64,000 bases of DNA. Source: Eledone cirrhosa (Eukaryota). The notes beneath the pieces are model-generated. The model was not told the origin of the DNA, made no database searches, and saw nothing but the letters and a program-made list of their open reading frames with translations. How positions within the stretch are numbered: the first letter of the stretch is position 1; every line of letters begins with the position of its first letter. The stretch is from assembly GCA_964016885.1 (NCBI GenBank), contig OZ024761.1:310001-374000 (forward strand), given 5' to 3'. A program made the position numbers and the translations under genes. Shown here piece after piece: positions 14,456 through 28,143 of this stretch.

Positions 14456-14772
14456 CTTAAATCATTGAGAAGGTCCAGCCTAAGGCAGTGCTGGGGGGGG
14501 GGGGGGGTTAAACATGATATAATAGTATATTAAATATCAAATTATATATATATATATATAGTAAAATGAAAAATATATATTTATTTATACATAGTATATA
14601 CTATATTATTTATCATATATAAATTAACGATTTTATTTATAATATATTATTTACAATTTGCATGTAGGCAGGTCTGGAAATAGTTCTGAGTTAACAGGGC
14701 GGAAGGGGTTGGTTAAGATTGTAATAAAGGTGTGGGAATCAGTGATAATTAGTGAGGAAAGGTAGAAAATGA

Positions 14773-15229
14773 CTGTTCTACTTTAGGCACAAGGCCAGTA
14801 ATTTTTTTTTTTTTGGGGTGGGGGGCGAAAGTCGATTAAATCGATCCCAGTACGTTACTGGTGATTTATTTTATCGACCCCGTAAATATGAAAGGTAAAG
14901 TTAACCTCGACGCGATTTGAACTCAGAACGCAGAGGGCCGTAACTCTCTGCCGCGAAGCAGGGTGTCCAACGCTTTACCGATACTGCCAATCCACCACCC
15001 TAATACTAATACTAATAATAATGGTTTCTGATTTAGGCACAAGGCCAACAATTTGAAGAGGAGGAGAAAGTCGATTAAACCGGCCCTGGTACTTTATTTT
15101 ATTGAACCCCTAAAGATAGAAAGACAAAGCTAACCTCGGCGAGATTTGAACTCAGAACATAAAGGGCCGTAACTCTCTGTTGCGAAGCAGGGTGTCCGAC
15201 GCTCTACCGATACTACTAATCCACTGCCC
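14773..15229 (-). mobile_element. Two tandem SINE-A copies (14773-15000 and 15022-15229), long-tail subfamily
   Basis: Reverse complement of ggtggattggcagtatcggta..gagttcaaatc..gtcgataaaataaa..ggccttgtgcc. Confidence 0.85.
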
Positions 15230-16960
15230 TTAAAGGTAGAACATAATGAAGAGAAAGTAGAGTAGTGTGGGGAAGGGGGGATCAAACGAAAGAAAAGTGG
15301 ATGATGGGAAGGTTATCGAGAATTTAAGTTCGCGGAAGAGTAAGTGGAACTTTCAGAGAGTTGAAAGCTAAGCAAAGAATGGTTAAGTAGGGAAAGGGGG
15401 TGTGAGGATGTTTGACGTTGAGAGAGAGAGACAGAGACTGAAGGGGGAAATGATAGGGGAAGATGGGTGGGGGTGAGATAAAGGGGGAGTGGGAGAGAGA
15501 GAGGGGGTGTTGGAAGGTCATAAGTTGAAAAAGAACTAGAAAGATTGATAGGATAAATGGGAGAAGGGGAAGGAGAGGTGAGGGGGGGGAGAGATAGAAG
15601 GGTATTGAAGAGTCATAAGTTGAACAAGAGCTGGAGCGGGAAAAGGAGAGAAAAAGAGTCGAGGGGGAAGAGAGAGGTGAGCGAAGGGGAAGATAGAGGG
15701 AGAGATAGCGGGAAGCGAGAAGAGAGTCAGAGAGTTATGAGTTGAAAAAGAACTAGAGAGATTAAATGAAGAGGGAAAGGAGGGAAAAAGAAACAAGGAG
15801 AATAGAGAGGGGGAAGGAGAGAAAGTGTAGAAGGTGTGGGAGAGAGAGAGAGGAATTAAGGGGAGAGGGTCGGAGTGTCATGAACTAAAAAAGAACTAGA
15901 GAAATATCGAAGAAAAATAATTTTTTAAAAAATGGCGGTGAAAAAGAAAACTGAGAATTGCGGGCGGAAAAGTGAAAGTTTGAGATAGTCAATGATGAGA
16001 TAGATGGGAAAGACTGGAGTGGAAGGAGGATAGGAAGAACAAAGATATGTCACGTAAGGTGGGGGAGGGAGAGAGGAGAATAGAGAGAAGGGGAATAGAG
16101 AGGGGAGAGTAATAGAGAAGTTGAAAGAGAGAGGGAGAGAGTAACTTGGAATTGGGAACTAGAAGCGAGAGACTTGGAGGAGAGAGAAACAAAGAAAGAG
16201 AGAGAGAGAGAAACTGAGAAAGAAAGAATGTTAGAGAGCAACAGGGGCTTAGGGAGCACTAGGAACGAGAGAAATAAAAAGAAATAAAGAGAAAGAAAGA
16301 AAGAAAGAGAGAGAAAGAAAGTAGGTAAGGAAGTAATAGAGACTTGGGGAGAAGTAGGATCGAGGAGATGGGGAGAGAGAAGGGGAGAGAGAGAGGAGTG
16401 AGCTAAAAGCCAGAGGTGGCACGGAGGGCGAGAGAGAGAGAAAGCGATACAAGAGAGGAGGAGAGAGAGAGAGAGGGGCAGATACAAGAGAGGGGGAAAG
16501 CTGAAAAACAGAGAGGGGATGGAGGTAGAGAGAGGGGGTGGTAGCTAAAACGCAGAGAGGGGAAGTGGAGGACGAGAGAGGACGAGAGGGGTAGCTAAAA
16601 GTCAGAGGGTATAGTGGAGGGCGAGAGAGAGAGAAAGCGATACAAGAGAGGAGGGGAGAGAGAGAGAGGGGGGCAGATACAAGAGAGGGGGAAAGCTGAA
16701 AAACAGAGAGGGGATGGAGGTAGAGAGAGGGGGTGGTAGCTAAAACGCAGAGAGGGGAAGTGGAGGACGAGAGAGGACGAGAGGGGTAGCTAAAAGTCAG
16801 AGGGTATAGTGGAGGGCGAGAGAGAGAGATGGGGAGAAAGAGCAAAGATTTGTGAGACGGGGAAAAATTCGAAGCGCTTTGGAAGAAAACCAAAGAATGA
16901 ATGAAAATGAGAGGAAGTGAGAAAGAAGAGCAGATGATAGTGAAACTGAAAGTTGAAAGT
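15230..16960. repeat. Purine-rich low-complexity tract with an internal roughly 190-bp tandem duplication (about 16400-16830)
   Basis: gaaagcgatacaagagaggagg...gctaaaagtcagagggtatagtggagggcgag occurs twice. Confidence 0.8.
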
Positions 16961-17513
16961 GAAAGTGTATAGGTGTGTGTCAGTGTACGTATGTGTATAT
17001 GTGTGGTGTGTATGTTGTTTATGTGTAGTAGGTAGTAAGATTAACAGGCTGTGAGATGTGCTTTCAAGATGGAGAAAATGTAGAAGAATCAGTTTCGTTT
17101 ATCAGTAAAGAACGTGTGTTTCTGTGTGTGTGTGTTTCTGTGTGTGTCTGTGTGTGTGTGTTTGTGTGTGAAGGTTTTACAGGGGGTGGGATGGGGGTAT
17201 GTGTGCGTCCATCCGTGTGTGTTTGTGTATGTACGTTTTGTACATGTTCGTGTGTGTTTGTAAATATGTTTGTGCTTAATGCGTGTGTGTGTGTGTGTGT
17301 TTACTTGTGAATGTGTATATGCACGTGTTTGTACGTGTATGTGTCTACGTATGTTTGTGTAAATGTGTGTATATATATATAATATATATATATATATATA
17401 AAAGATAGGTGTGTATATATAGATATAGATATATACACATGAATATGTATATAGATACATATATATATATATATTCATATATATGTATATATATATGTAT
17501 GTGCATGTATGTA

Positions 17514-17554
<41 letters not shown>

Positions 17555-18239
17555 ATATATATATGTATATATATGTATGTATATATATATATGTATGTAT
17601 ATACATATATGTTTGTATATACATATATATATGTATGTATATATATATATGTATGTATATATATATATATATACACACATACATATGTGTGTAGAAAACA
17701 GTCAATTCTGTCCATCTATAAATGCTACCTGATTCCATTTTAATACAACAAATAGTAAATATCGATTTATTTTTATCTCAACATTCGCCAACAAATATTG
17801 AACACTAAGCAATCTCTTGCTTCACCCTCTACCACCTCTTGCTTTCCTTCTTTCTCTACTTTCTTTCTTTCTTTTACCTCTCTTGCATTTTCCTGTTTTT
17901 ATTTATATTTATATTTTTCCATATCTCTCTCTATCTCTCTTCGTCTTTCTTTCTCTCTCTTTCACTCTCTCTATCCCTTCGCTTTTCTCTCTCTCTCTCT
18001 CTCTCTCCCTCTTTGTCTTTCGCTCCTAGTCTTTATTTCTCTCTCTTCATCTTCCTCTCTCTCCCTCTCTCCCTCTCTCTCTCTCTCTCTCTTCCAGTCT
18101 TTCTATTTCCTTCGTTCTTCCTCTTTTCCAATGATTTTCTATTCCTCTTCTTCTCCTTCTCTTCTTACCCCCCCCCCCCCCCATGCTACAGTATACTCAA
18201 TGTCATCTAATTTATCTGTAAGTTCTTTGAAATAACTGA

Positions 18240-18392
<153 letters not shown>

Positions 18393-18433
18393 AGAGAAAG
18401 AGATAGGAGAGCGTCAGAATATATGCATAGAGA

Positions 18434-18492
<59 letters not shown>

Positions 18493-18533
18493 AGAGAAAG
18501 AGATAGGAGAGCGTCAGAATATATACATAGAGA

Positions 18534-18578
<45 letters not shown>

Positions 18579-18595
18579 CTCTCTCCTGTGTATGT

Positions 18596-18626
<31 letters not shown>

Positions 18627-18835
18627 AATATATATATATATAGAGAGAGAGAGAGAGGGGTAGGTGGGAGATTATAAAGTGTGACTTAAACAACATCGCT
18701 TCAATCTCAAGTTACTCTCTGTTTCCTAACATTTCTAGGTTCCAAGACATTTTTAATGGTAACTTATCACGTCTGACCAAGTTGTTATTATTATTATCAT
18801 TATTATCATTATTATCATTATTATCATTATTATGA

Positions 18836-19023
18836 GGGCGGTGGATTGGCAGTATCGGTAGAGGGTTTGACGCCATGCTTTCCAGCATAGTTACGTCCCT
18901 TTACGATCTGAGTTCAAATCCCGCCGAGGTTGACTTTGCCTTTCATCCTTACGGGGTCGATAAAATAAAGTACCAGTAATGCACTGGGTAATTGCTGGCC
19001 TTGTGCCTAAAGTAGAAACAATT
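18836..19023 (+). mobile_element. tRNA-derived SINE family A, full length
   Basis: A box tggcagtatcgg, B box gagttcaaatcc, central gcctttcatccttacggggtcgataaaataaagtaccag domain, tail agtagaaacaatt. Confidence 0.9.
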
Positions 19024-19049
19024 ATTATCATTATTATCATTATTAGTAT

Positions 19050-19676
19050 TATGCTGACTTGTCTAACAGTTGCTGTCGCGTGTAGCACTGATCCGGTTAT
19101 CGACTGAGTCCATTGTGCAGATGGTCTCGTCGTCTTCCTTCGAGGAGGAAGGGCAGGCGGTTTTCATCTGCCTGGTGGCCATGGCGAAAAAGATTGTGTG
19201 GTGGACAAAGTTGAAAGGGTTAAAGACAGATACTTTCCTCTTCGGCGAATCCCTAATTAACTTTTTCAAGTTTCACTTGAAGAGAAAAATCAGGCTGGAG
19301 AGGCGAGTGCTGCCTTCTAGCAAGTTTGTTGAAAGGTGGGTGAATGTAGCGAGAATGGTCTGAATATACGCCTGTAGTTTGAGAAATGGAAAAATTGAGT
19401 GAGGGCGCTTGCCCTGGTGGTCAGGGTGGCCGTGGTCTTTTGTGTGGTTTTCGCCACGAGTAACCCTCGGAGGTATCCCCCCTATTGGGGAATTTTTCAT
19501 TGTTTCAATTTTCATTTTTATTGTTTATATATATATATATATGTTTCTATGTCCTTTTTTTTCTTTTCTTATATAAATAATAAAAATCTTTACACGCACA
19601 AAACCCACATCGTACCGTTCTGTACCGTCTGTAATGTTTTTCTTGACATCAGCCCTTGTGGCCAATAAAGAAATCA
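19050..19676 (+). mobile_element. 3' fragment of a Tx1/L1-like LINE
   Basis: Peptide LVAMAKKIVWW...RIRLE...FVERW resembles a Tx1 ORF2 C-terminus. The 3' UTR ends in aataaa followed by (CTT)n(ATT)n. Confidence 0.6.
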
Positions 19677-19703
19677 TTCTTCTTCTTCTTCTTCTTCTTC
19701 TTC

Positions 19704-19798
<95 letters not shown>

Positions 19799-20089
19799 GT
19801 TACTGTTGTGATGGTTGTTTGTTTGTTTGTTTGTTTGTTTGTTTGTTTGTCTGTCTGTTTGTATTTTTTGTTGCTGTTGCTGGTTTTTTTACCGAAACCA
19901 ATACCAAGATTCCATTATCAGATGAGTATTTAGTTTTGCTTGAGGGAAGAACAAAGAGAAAAATGATTGTCAGACATGCACACAACAAAACTATGATTTA
20001 TGTTGTCCGAGCTTTGAACAATAACTTAATCGATAAACACAGCAATAGCTGGTTAATTCGTTTAAATCTGCTGGACTGAAACGTGTTGC

Positions 20090-20760
20090 CTCTATCTCTA
20101 CCCCGAAGGTGGGTGGTGTGTAGGGTTGTCATGTCGTGTATTTTTGCTATTTCGGAGCGAGACTGCACAACGACAACAACAACAATAGCAGCAACAACAA
20201 TCACAATTGCAACATAATATGTAGAATCGAAATGGCCGATTCTATCTCCACCCCAAAGCTGGGTGGTGTGTAGAGTTATCTATGCCGTGTATATTGGTGT
20301 TTCGGTGTTATATTGCACAACAACACCAACAACAACTACAATAGCAACATAGCATGTAGAATCAAAATGGCCACCTCTATCTCCACCTCGAAGGTGGGTG
20401 GTGTGTAGGGTTTTTATGCCGCGTAATTTTGCTATTTCGGAGCGAGACTGCACAACGACAACAACTACAATAACAACACAAGATATAGAAGTGAGATGGC
20501 CGCCTCTAACTCCGCTAAACGGTGTGTGTGTGTAGAGTTGTCATGCCATGTATTTTTGCTATTTCGGAGCTATACAGCAACAACAACAGCAACAACAACT
20601 ACAATGATAACACAGCATTTAGAATCGAAATGACCGAGTGGAATTACACTGCTGTTATTGTTGTTTTTGATTATCTTTTTGCCTCTATCTCCACCCCTAA
20701 GGCGGGTGGTCTGTAGGGTCGTCTATGCCGTATATGTTGGTGTTTTGTAGTTAGACTGTA
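20090..20760. repeat. Diverged tandem satellite, roughly 130-180-bp units, 5 copies
   Basis: ctctatctccaccccgaaggtgggtggtgtgtagggtt... recurs near 20091, 20241, 20375, 20505 and 20683. Confidence 0.85.
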
Positions 20761-20761
20761 C

Positions 20762-21113
20762 GTGACTGGTATTTTATTTTATCGACCCCGTAAGAATAAA
20801 AGGCAGAGTTAACCTCGGCAGGATTTGAACTCAGACCGTAAAGGGCCATAACTCTATGATGCAAAGCATGGCGTCCGACCCTCTACCGATTCTACCAATC
20901 CACAGATTCAATATAATGCTCATTATTATGGATTGGCAGTATCGGTAGAGGGTCGGACGCCATGCTTTGACATATAGAGTTACGGCCCTTTCCATTCTGA
21001 GTTCAAATTCCGCCGAGGTTAACTTTGCCTTTCATCCTTACGGGGTCGATAAAATAAAGTACCAGTAATACACTGGACTAATTGCTGGCCTTGTGCCAAA
21101 AGTAGAAACAATT
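20762..21113. mobile_element. Head-to-head pair of SINE-A copies (20762-20903 minus, 20929-21113 plus)
   Basis: SINE-A consensus on both strands around a 25-bp spacer. Confidence 0.88.
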
Positions 21114-21456
21114 ATTAATAGTGGAGTTCCGCCGGCTTTTCAAAACAGTTTGAAAAGTCAGTAGCTTGGCTGACTTAAAAATGAAAGAATGAAAGAAAGA
21201 GCGAGAGATGACGAAAAGGGAGAAAGAAGGAAAGCAAGAAGAGGTGGGGACTAACATATTGCCAAGTGTTCAATATTTGTTAAGCAGTGTTGCTATCATA
21301 ATAAATCAAATACTGTATTTGTGTTGTGAGTATAAATGTAATCAAACTAGTTGACTAAATACACACGTACTTTCCCAATGTGTACATTTTTTCCCTCGCC
21401 TCTTCCTTTTCTTACCCTCGTCTAGCTTTCTATTCTTCTTCTATCTTTCATTTTAT

Positions 21457-21490
21457 CTTCCGATAAAGGACTAACATCCGAAACGTTCCG
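21457..21490 (+). ncRNA. Degenerate minimal hammerhead ribozyme (same family as 32608 and 50907)
   Basis: ccgataa-aggac-taac-atcc-gaaacgtt. Flanks match 32640-32730 and 50940-51030. Confidence 0.5.
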
Positions 21491-21719
21491 ACCCTTTTCT
21501 TACTATATCAAGCCTCAAACTAATATATATCATCATTATACTGTATTGTTCTACCGAGTCGTTTTTCCTTGATGACTTTTCACAATAGAACACACACATA
21601 TATATATTTGGTTTGAAACTCAGATTATATTGAGTTAGAAACTCAGAGTAGTCGTTTACAATTAAAATAGGTCGGGGAAAAAGTTTTTCCTGGCCGTGTA
21701 ATATAATTCAATATAATAA

Positions 21720-21894
21720 ATGTTTCTACTTTTTGGCACAAGGCCAGCAATTATCCCAGTACATTACTGGTACTTTATTTTATCGACCCCGTAAGGATGA
21801 AAGGCAAAGTTAACCTCGGCGGGAATTGAACTCAGATCGTAAAGGGACGTAACTATGCTGGAAAGCATAATCCAACTCTCTACCGATACTGCCA
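21720..21894 (-). mobile_element. SINE-A copy
   Basis: Reverse complement of the SINE-A consensus. Confidence 0.85.
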
Positions 21895-21934
21895 TAAAGA
21901 GAGATAAATACATATATACATATCTGTTTTAAAT

Positions 21935-22215
21935 TATCAGAACTGTATGGGAGCCTCCCAAAAGTCAGCTCAAAAGTGACACAGAGGAGACTGAGGTTAG
22001 CTGGACATGCTCACCGATATCCAGAGTTGACACTGCACTCAGTGCTCCTGTGGGAGTCCCTGCATGGACACACTGGAAGAGAAAGACCAAGGTTAACGTA
22101 CGTTGGTACCCTAAGGACAGACACTGGTCTGTTGGAGACGCAGGACATGGCAGCGATGATGAGGGACAGAGACTGCTGGAGAGAACTCGGGAATTTTACC
22201 CGCCCTAGATATAGA
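21935..22215 (+). mobile_element. 3' fragment of an RTE/RTE-X-like LINE
   Basis: RRLRLAGH..R.PE...VLLWE..HG....RPRLTY...L..DTGL...M.DRD.WR. Same family on the minus strand at 27446-27720 and 29805-29960. Confidence 0.75.
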
Positions 22216-22269
22216 TAGATACATATATATATACACACACACATACATACATATTTAAAAGTATGTATA

Positions 22270-22360
<91 letters not shown>

Positions 22361-22392
22361 AGAATATTTTCGAAACAGCGAGTGGATTTGAA

Positions 22393-22565
22393 ATTATTAG
22401 AAATGTTAGCTATCGCCGTATTTTGACTAAAGAAATTAAAGAAATTATTTAGCCTGATAGTGGGGTTAAGAACCCTCGGAGAAATGGAAAAAGATGAGTA
22501 TTGACGTACATGTACGTCAATACTCATCTTACTCAAATACGGTGATAGCTAACATTTCTAATAAT
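22393..22565. repeat. Fold-back inverted repeat with an internal deletion, inside (TA)n
   Basis: Perfect 40-bp palindrome at 22491-22530 plus outer arms 22393-22426 / 22533-22565. Confidence 0.8.
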
Positions 22566-22714
22566 ATATATATATATATATATGCAAAAGTTTTATTTAA
22601 GATTGTTGGGTTACAACGAGTAAATATTTTATAACTGATATAAAAGCACTCAACAATTTCTGGAGTAGGTTTACGATATTAAGCAAATGGAAACTATATT
22701 TATAAAACCATATT

Positions 22715-22780
22715 TATTTCGTTATATATATTTCAGGGATATCATATTAGAAATATGGTATGCCTTCCTCAGACAAAATA
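22715..22780 (-). ncRNA. Type I hammerhead ribozyme
   Basis: Inverted copy of 22924-22989. Confidence 0.8.
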
Positions 22781-22923
22781 CAATACATAAGCTGTTTTAT
22801 AAATAATTTTTGACATACCTTATAAATAATGCAACTTCCATTTAAAAAAATCAACTTTTTAAATGGAAGTTGCATTATTTATAAGGTATGTCAAAAATTA
22901 TTTATAAAACAGCTTATGTATTG

Positions 22924-22989
22924 TATTTTGTCTGAGGAAGGCATACCATATTTCTAATATGATATCCCTGAAATATATATAACGAAATA
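22924..22989 (+). ncRNA. Type I hammerhead ribozyme
   Basis: Stem I tattttgt/acgaaata, CUGAGGA, stem II agg..cct, GAAA, palindromic stem III AUAUAUAU, cleavage after AUA. Confidence 0.8.
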
Positions 22990-23029
22990 AATATGGTTTT
23001 ATAAATATAGTTTCCATTTGCTTAATATC

Positions 23030-23134
<105 letters not shown>

Positions 23135-23682
23135 TGTATGTTTTGCTTAATGCAAAATGATCAACTATATTATAGTCACTGTATATTGGAGTAGTTTTTG
23201 CCAAGAGGATAACATAGTTCCTACTTTAATTTTCAATCTTACTACACACTACTTAAGCCTTACATACTTATTTACATACATATACATACATATAAATATA
23301 TTTACATACACATATATATATATATAAGTATTCATACATACACACACACAAACATTTATATATATATGCCATACATAAATAGTTGTTTGTTTGCCTTTTG
23401 TATGATAAGGTATATATATATACATGTATACATATATACATATATACATATATACATATATACACACAATATGTATACATGTATACATGTATACATGTAT
23501 GTGTGTGCATATGTATACATGAGTGTGAGTGTATATATACAATACGTATACGTGTGTGAGTATGCGTATGTATATATATATGCAGTATGCATACCTGTGT
23601 AAGTATGTTCTGTATATACATGATATATGTGTACATATATATTGTGTATACAATATGTATACATGTGAGAGTGTGTATATGT

Positions 23683-23775
<93 letters not shown>

Positions 23776-23984
23776 GTGTGAATATATATACATGTGTCAA
23801 GTGACTTATTAATTTCCTCAGTAAACATGGTGTGTAGTAGGTCTTTCATTAGGACCGTGTCTAAATCGGAAGTGAGATATATACTAAACCGGATGTACTT
23901 CTTCAAATGAATTAGATTTCAGCTTCCATACAACTTGGACAAAGTATTGCTGGTGGTGGTGGTGGTGGTGATCTTGGAGGTCGT

Positions 23985-25300
23985 GGTAGTGGCGGTGTTG
24001 TTGTAGTGATGTTGGGGGGTCGGGGGTTAGTGGTGGTTGAGGGCTACTGTTGTTGTGCCAGTAGTGATGGTTGTGGTTGTCTTGATGGTGGTTTTGTTGT
24101 AGTGGTGGTTGTTGGTGTTGTTGTAGTGATGGTTGTGGGGGTCGGGGGTTAGTGGTGGTTGAGGGCTACTGTTGTTGTGCCAGTAGTGATGGTTGTGGTT
24201 GTCTTGGTGGTGGTTTTGTTGTAGTGGTGGTTGTTGGTGTTGTTGTAGTGGTGGTTGTGGGGGTATAAGGCTACTGTTGTTGTGCTAGTAGTGGGTGGTT
24301 GTGGTTGTCTTGATGGTGGTTTTGTTGTAGTGGTGGTTGTTGGTGTTGTTGTAGTGGTGGTTGTGGGGGTATAAGGCTACTGTTGTTGTGCCAGTAGTGA
24401 TGGTTGTGGTTGTCTTGGTGGTGGTTTTGTTGTAGTGGTGGTCGTTGGTGTTGTTGTAGTGGTGGTTGTGGGGGTATAAGGCTACTGTTGTTGTGCCAGT
24501 AGTGATGGTTGTGGTTGTCTTGGTGGTGGTTTTGTTGTAGTGGTGGTTGTTGGTGTTGTTGTAGTGGTGGTTGTGGGGGTATAAGGCTACTGTTGTTGTG
24601 CCAGTAGTGATGGTTGTGGTTGTCTTGGTGGTGGTTTTGTTGTAGTGGTGGTTGTTGGTGTTGTTGTAGTGGTGGTTGTGGGGGTATAAGGCTACTGTTG
24701 TTGTGCCAGTAGTGATGGTTGTGGTTGTCTTGGTGGTGGTTTTGTTGTAGTGGTGGTTGTTGGTGTTGTTGTAGTGGTGGTTGTGGGGGTATAAGGCTAC
24801 TGTTGTTGTGCCAGTAGTGATGGTTGTGGTTGTCTTGGTGGTGGTTTTGTTGTAGTGGTGGTTGTTGGTGTTGTTGTAGTGGTGGTTGTGGGGGTATAAG
24901 GCTACTGTTGTTGTGCCAGTAGTGATGGTTGTGGTTGTCTTGGTGGTGGTTTTGTTGTAGTGGTGGTTGTTGGTGTTGTTGTAGTGGTGGTTGTGGGGGT
25001 ATAAGGCTACTGTTGTTGTGCCAGTAGTGATGGTTGTGGTTGTCTTGGTGGTGGTTTTGTTGTAGTGGTGGTTGTTGGTGTTGTTGTAGTGGTGGTTGTG
25101 GGGGTATAAGGCTACTGTTGTTGTGCCAGTAGTGATGGTTGTGGTTGTCTTGATGGTGGTTTTGTTGTAGTGGTGGTTGTTGGTGTTGTTGTAGTGGTGG
25201 TTGTGGGGGTATAAGGCTACTGTTGTTGTGCTAGTAGTGGGTGGTTGTGGTTGTCTTGATGGTGGTTTTGTTGTAGTGGGTGGTTGTAGAGGTGGATTGT
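23985..25300. repeat. GT-rich minisatellite, 105-bp unit, about 12 copies
   Basis: gctactgttgttgtgcc recurs at 24481, 24586, 24691 and onward. Confidence 0.95.
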
Positions 25301-25493
25301 TGGTGGTGATGGTGGTTACGTGCGTTGGTGGTGGTATTGTTGTAGTGGTATTGTTGTAGTGGTATTGTTGTAGTGGTATTGGTGGTGGTATAACGTTACT
25401 GTTATTGAGTTGTTCGTTTCGTGGTTATTGTAGCGTTTGTGGTTTGTGTAAGTGGTGGCAACATTGTTATTGTGGTAGTGGTAGCAGCAGCAT

Positions 25494-25494
<1 letters not shown>

Positions 25495-25574
<80 letters not shown>

Positions 25575-25626
25575 CAGTAGTAGTAGTAGTGGCAGTAGCA
25601 GTAGTAGTAGCAGTAGTAGTAGTGGC

Positions 25627-25706
<80 letters not shown>

Positions 25707-25863
25707 CAGTAGTAGTAGTAGTAGTAGTGGCAGTAGCAGTAGTAGTGGCAGTAGCAGTAGTAGTAGTGGCAGTAGTATTAGTAGTAGTGGCAGCAGTAGT
25801 AGTGACAGTAGTAGTAGTAGTAGTGGCAGTAGTAGTAGTAGTGGCAGTAGTAGTAGTAGTGGC

Positions 25864-25958
<95 letters not shown>

Positions 25959-25959
25959 C

Positions 25960-26006
<47 letters not shown>

Positions 26007-26007
26007 C

Positions 26008-26039
<32 letters not shown>

Positions 26040-26160
26040 TAGTAGTAGTAGTAGTAGTGGCAGTAGCAGTAGTAGTAGTAATAGTAGTAGTAGTAGTAGT
26101 GGCAGTAGTAGTAGTAGTAGTAGTGGCAGTAGTAGTAGTAGCAGTAGTAGTGGCAGTAGC

Positions 26161-26243
<83 letters not shown>

Positions 26244-26267
26244 CAGTAGTAATAGTAGTAGTAGTAA

Positions 26268-26345
<78 letters not shown>

Positions 26346-26366
26346 CAGTAGTAGTAGTAGTAGTAA

Positions 26367-26402
<36 letters not shown>

Positions 26403-26518
26403 CAGTAGTAGTAGTAGTAGTAGTAGTAATAGTAGTAGTAGTAGTAGTAGTGGCAGTAGTAGTAGTAGTAGTAGTAGTAGCAGTAGTAGTAGTAGTAGTA
26501 GCAGTAGCAGTAGTAGTA
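25495..26518. repeat. About 1-kb (TAG)n/(GTA)n microsatellite
   Basis: Visible trinucleotide run. It produces the poly-T/S/V/L pseudo-ORFs. Confidence 0.97.
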
Positions 26519-26592
26519 AGCATGTGACCAACTTTTAAAATACCGTTGCTATACTCTGTTCTCTCTGAACCAACACAAATAATGTCAATAAC

Positions 26593-26852
26593 TGTTTCTA
26601 CTTTAGGCACAAGGCCAGCAATTACCCCAGTGCATTACTGGTACTTTATTTTATCGACCCCGTAAGGATGAAAGGCAAAGTTAACCTCGGCGGGATTTGA
26701 ACTCAGATCGTAAAGGGTTGTAACTGAGTTCAAATGCCGCCAAGGTTAGCTTTGCCTTTCATCCTTACGGGGTCGATAGAATAAAGTACCAGTAATGAAC
26801 TGGGTCGATTTAATCGACTCTCCTCTCCCCCAATATTGTTGGCCTTGTGTCT
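26593..26852. mobile_element. Two 5'-truncated SINE-A copies fused head to head
   Basis: Minus copy 26593-26723 joined to plus copy 26724-26852. The two tails belong to different subfamilies. Confidence 0.8.
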
Positions 26853-27382
26853 GGTAATAATAGTAATAAAAAAAAATGATATAATAATGATGTAGTTGAT
26901 AATATGGCTCCAACTGGTGCGTGGTGTGGCGCGGCGGGGCTGGTTTGGAGCAGTGGTGAGATGGCGGGTGGTGGTAATGGTGGTGGAGTTGGTTGAAGTG
27001 TGGAGGAGAGTCAAGTGTAGACGTTATAGTAATGATGGTGGTAGTGGTGGTGATGGAAATATAGATATATATTAACCTGCCATAGAACCACATTGGCATA
27101 CGGTTGTATAATACATGTGTCCCTATATGTATTTTGCATGTAGGGAGACATACTTTATTATTATTAAACTCCCTTGGTCGAGATAACATTTTGGTCGTTT
27201 TAACTGCTGCTATTTCTAGTGGCAGTACATTGACCTTTCCGCCTCTGCCTTTTCAATGGAGTTCGGCATTGATTATCCATTTATTTTGAGACCTGAAACC
27301 GTACAGTAAGGGTAATTTCAGCAGGTACAGTGAACTTTTAAAAATATGTTTTAAAACTTTTTCTTATTTGCTAAACCTTGAT

Positions 27383-27445
<63 letters not shown>

Positions 27446-27449
<4 letters not shown>

Positions 27450-27720
27450 CTAGGGCGGGTAAAATTCCCGAGATCCATGGACGTGTTCTCTTCAGCGGCG
27501 GTCTCTGTCCCTCATCATTGCTGCCATGTCCTGTGCCTCCAAGTGACCTATGTCTGTCCTTAGGGCAACAAGTTATGTCAACATCGGTCTCCCTGTTCTA
27601 GTGTATCCGTGTAGGGGCTCCCACAGGAGCACTTAATGCAGTGTCAACTCTGAATGTCGGTGAACATGTCCAACTAACCTCAGTCTCCTCTGTGTTACCT
27701 CTAGAGCTGAATTTTGGGTT
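27446..27720 (-). mobile_element. RTE/RTE-X-like LINE 3' fragment
   Basis: Reverse complement of the 21935-22215 family. Confidence 0.75.
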
Positions 27721-28049
27721 ATATATATATAAGTTGACGAGACTAGCATGGGTTTCGCTGCTATACCGGTTGCATCTAAGCGTACTCAATAGGTAATGTT
27801 AAGTAAACTCCCAGAGTAGACACATAGTTATTCGCTTTAACACAACACACGTAAATGGATACCTTTAACTATAACCGTACTCTAGTTTTGACCACATTTA
27901 ATGCAGCAATCTACTGTATTCATTTAATATGCAACACTGCACAATCGGTGCATGTGGCATCATCAGCCGGTTTCGCCTAATCAATAATCTATCGATCGAC
28001 AGAATTCGATTCCAGCCCGTGTCGGCTATGACTGTAGAGTTCCCACACC

Positions 28050-28091
<42 letters not shown>

Positions 28092-28105
28092 GTACCCAGC
28101 GAGTA

Positions 28106-28143
28106 CGAGCTGAGGATCCGCTAAGGTGAAACAATTGTTCTCG
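28106..28143 (+). ncRNA. Minimal type I hammerhead ribozyme in a short element (about 28088-28240) next to (TA)n
   Basis: cgag-CUGAGGA-u-cc-gcuaa-gg-u-GAA-ACAAUUGU-U/cucg, with a palindromic stem III. Confidence 0.8.

Noticed and set aside
23985-25300. 105-bp (35-codon) repeat as a possible repetitive-protein exon
   Set aside because: Open in two minus-strand frames only because of base composition. No start or splice evidence, and edge units have frame-breaking indels.
25402-26610. 402-aa Thr-rich mucin-like ORF and antisense poly-Ser/Val/Leu ORFs
   Set aside because: A pure (TAG)n microsatellite that is open in several frames. The ORF start lies within a SINE tail.
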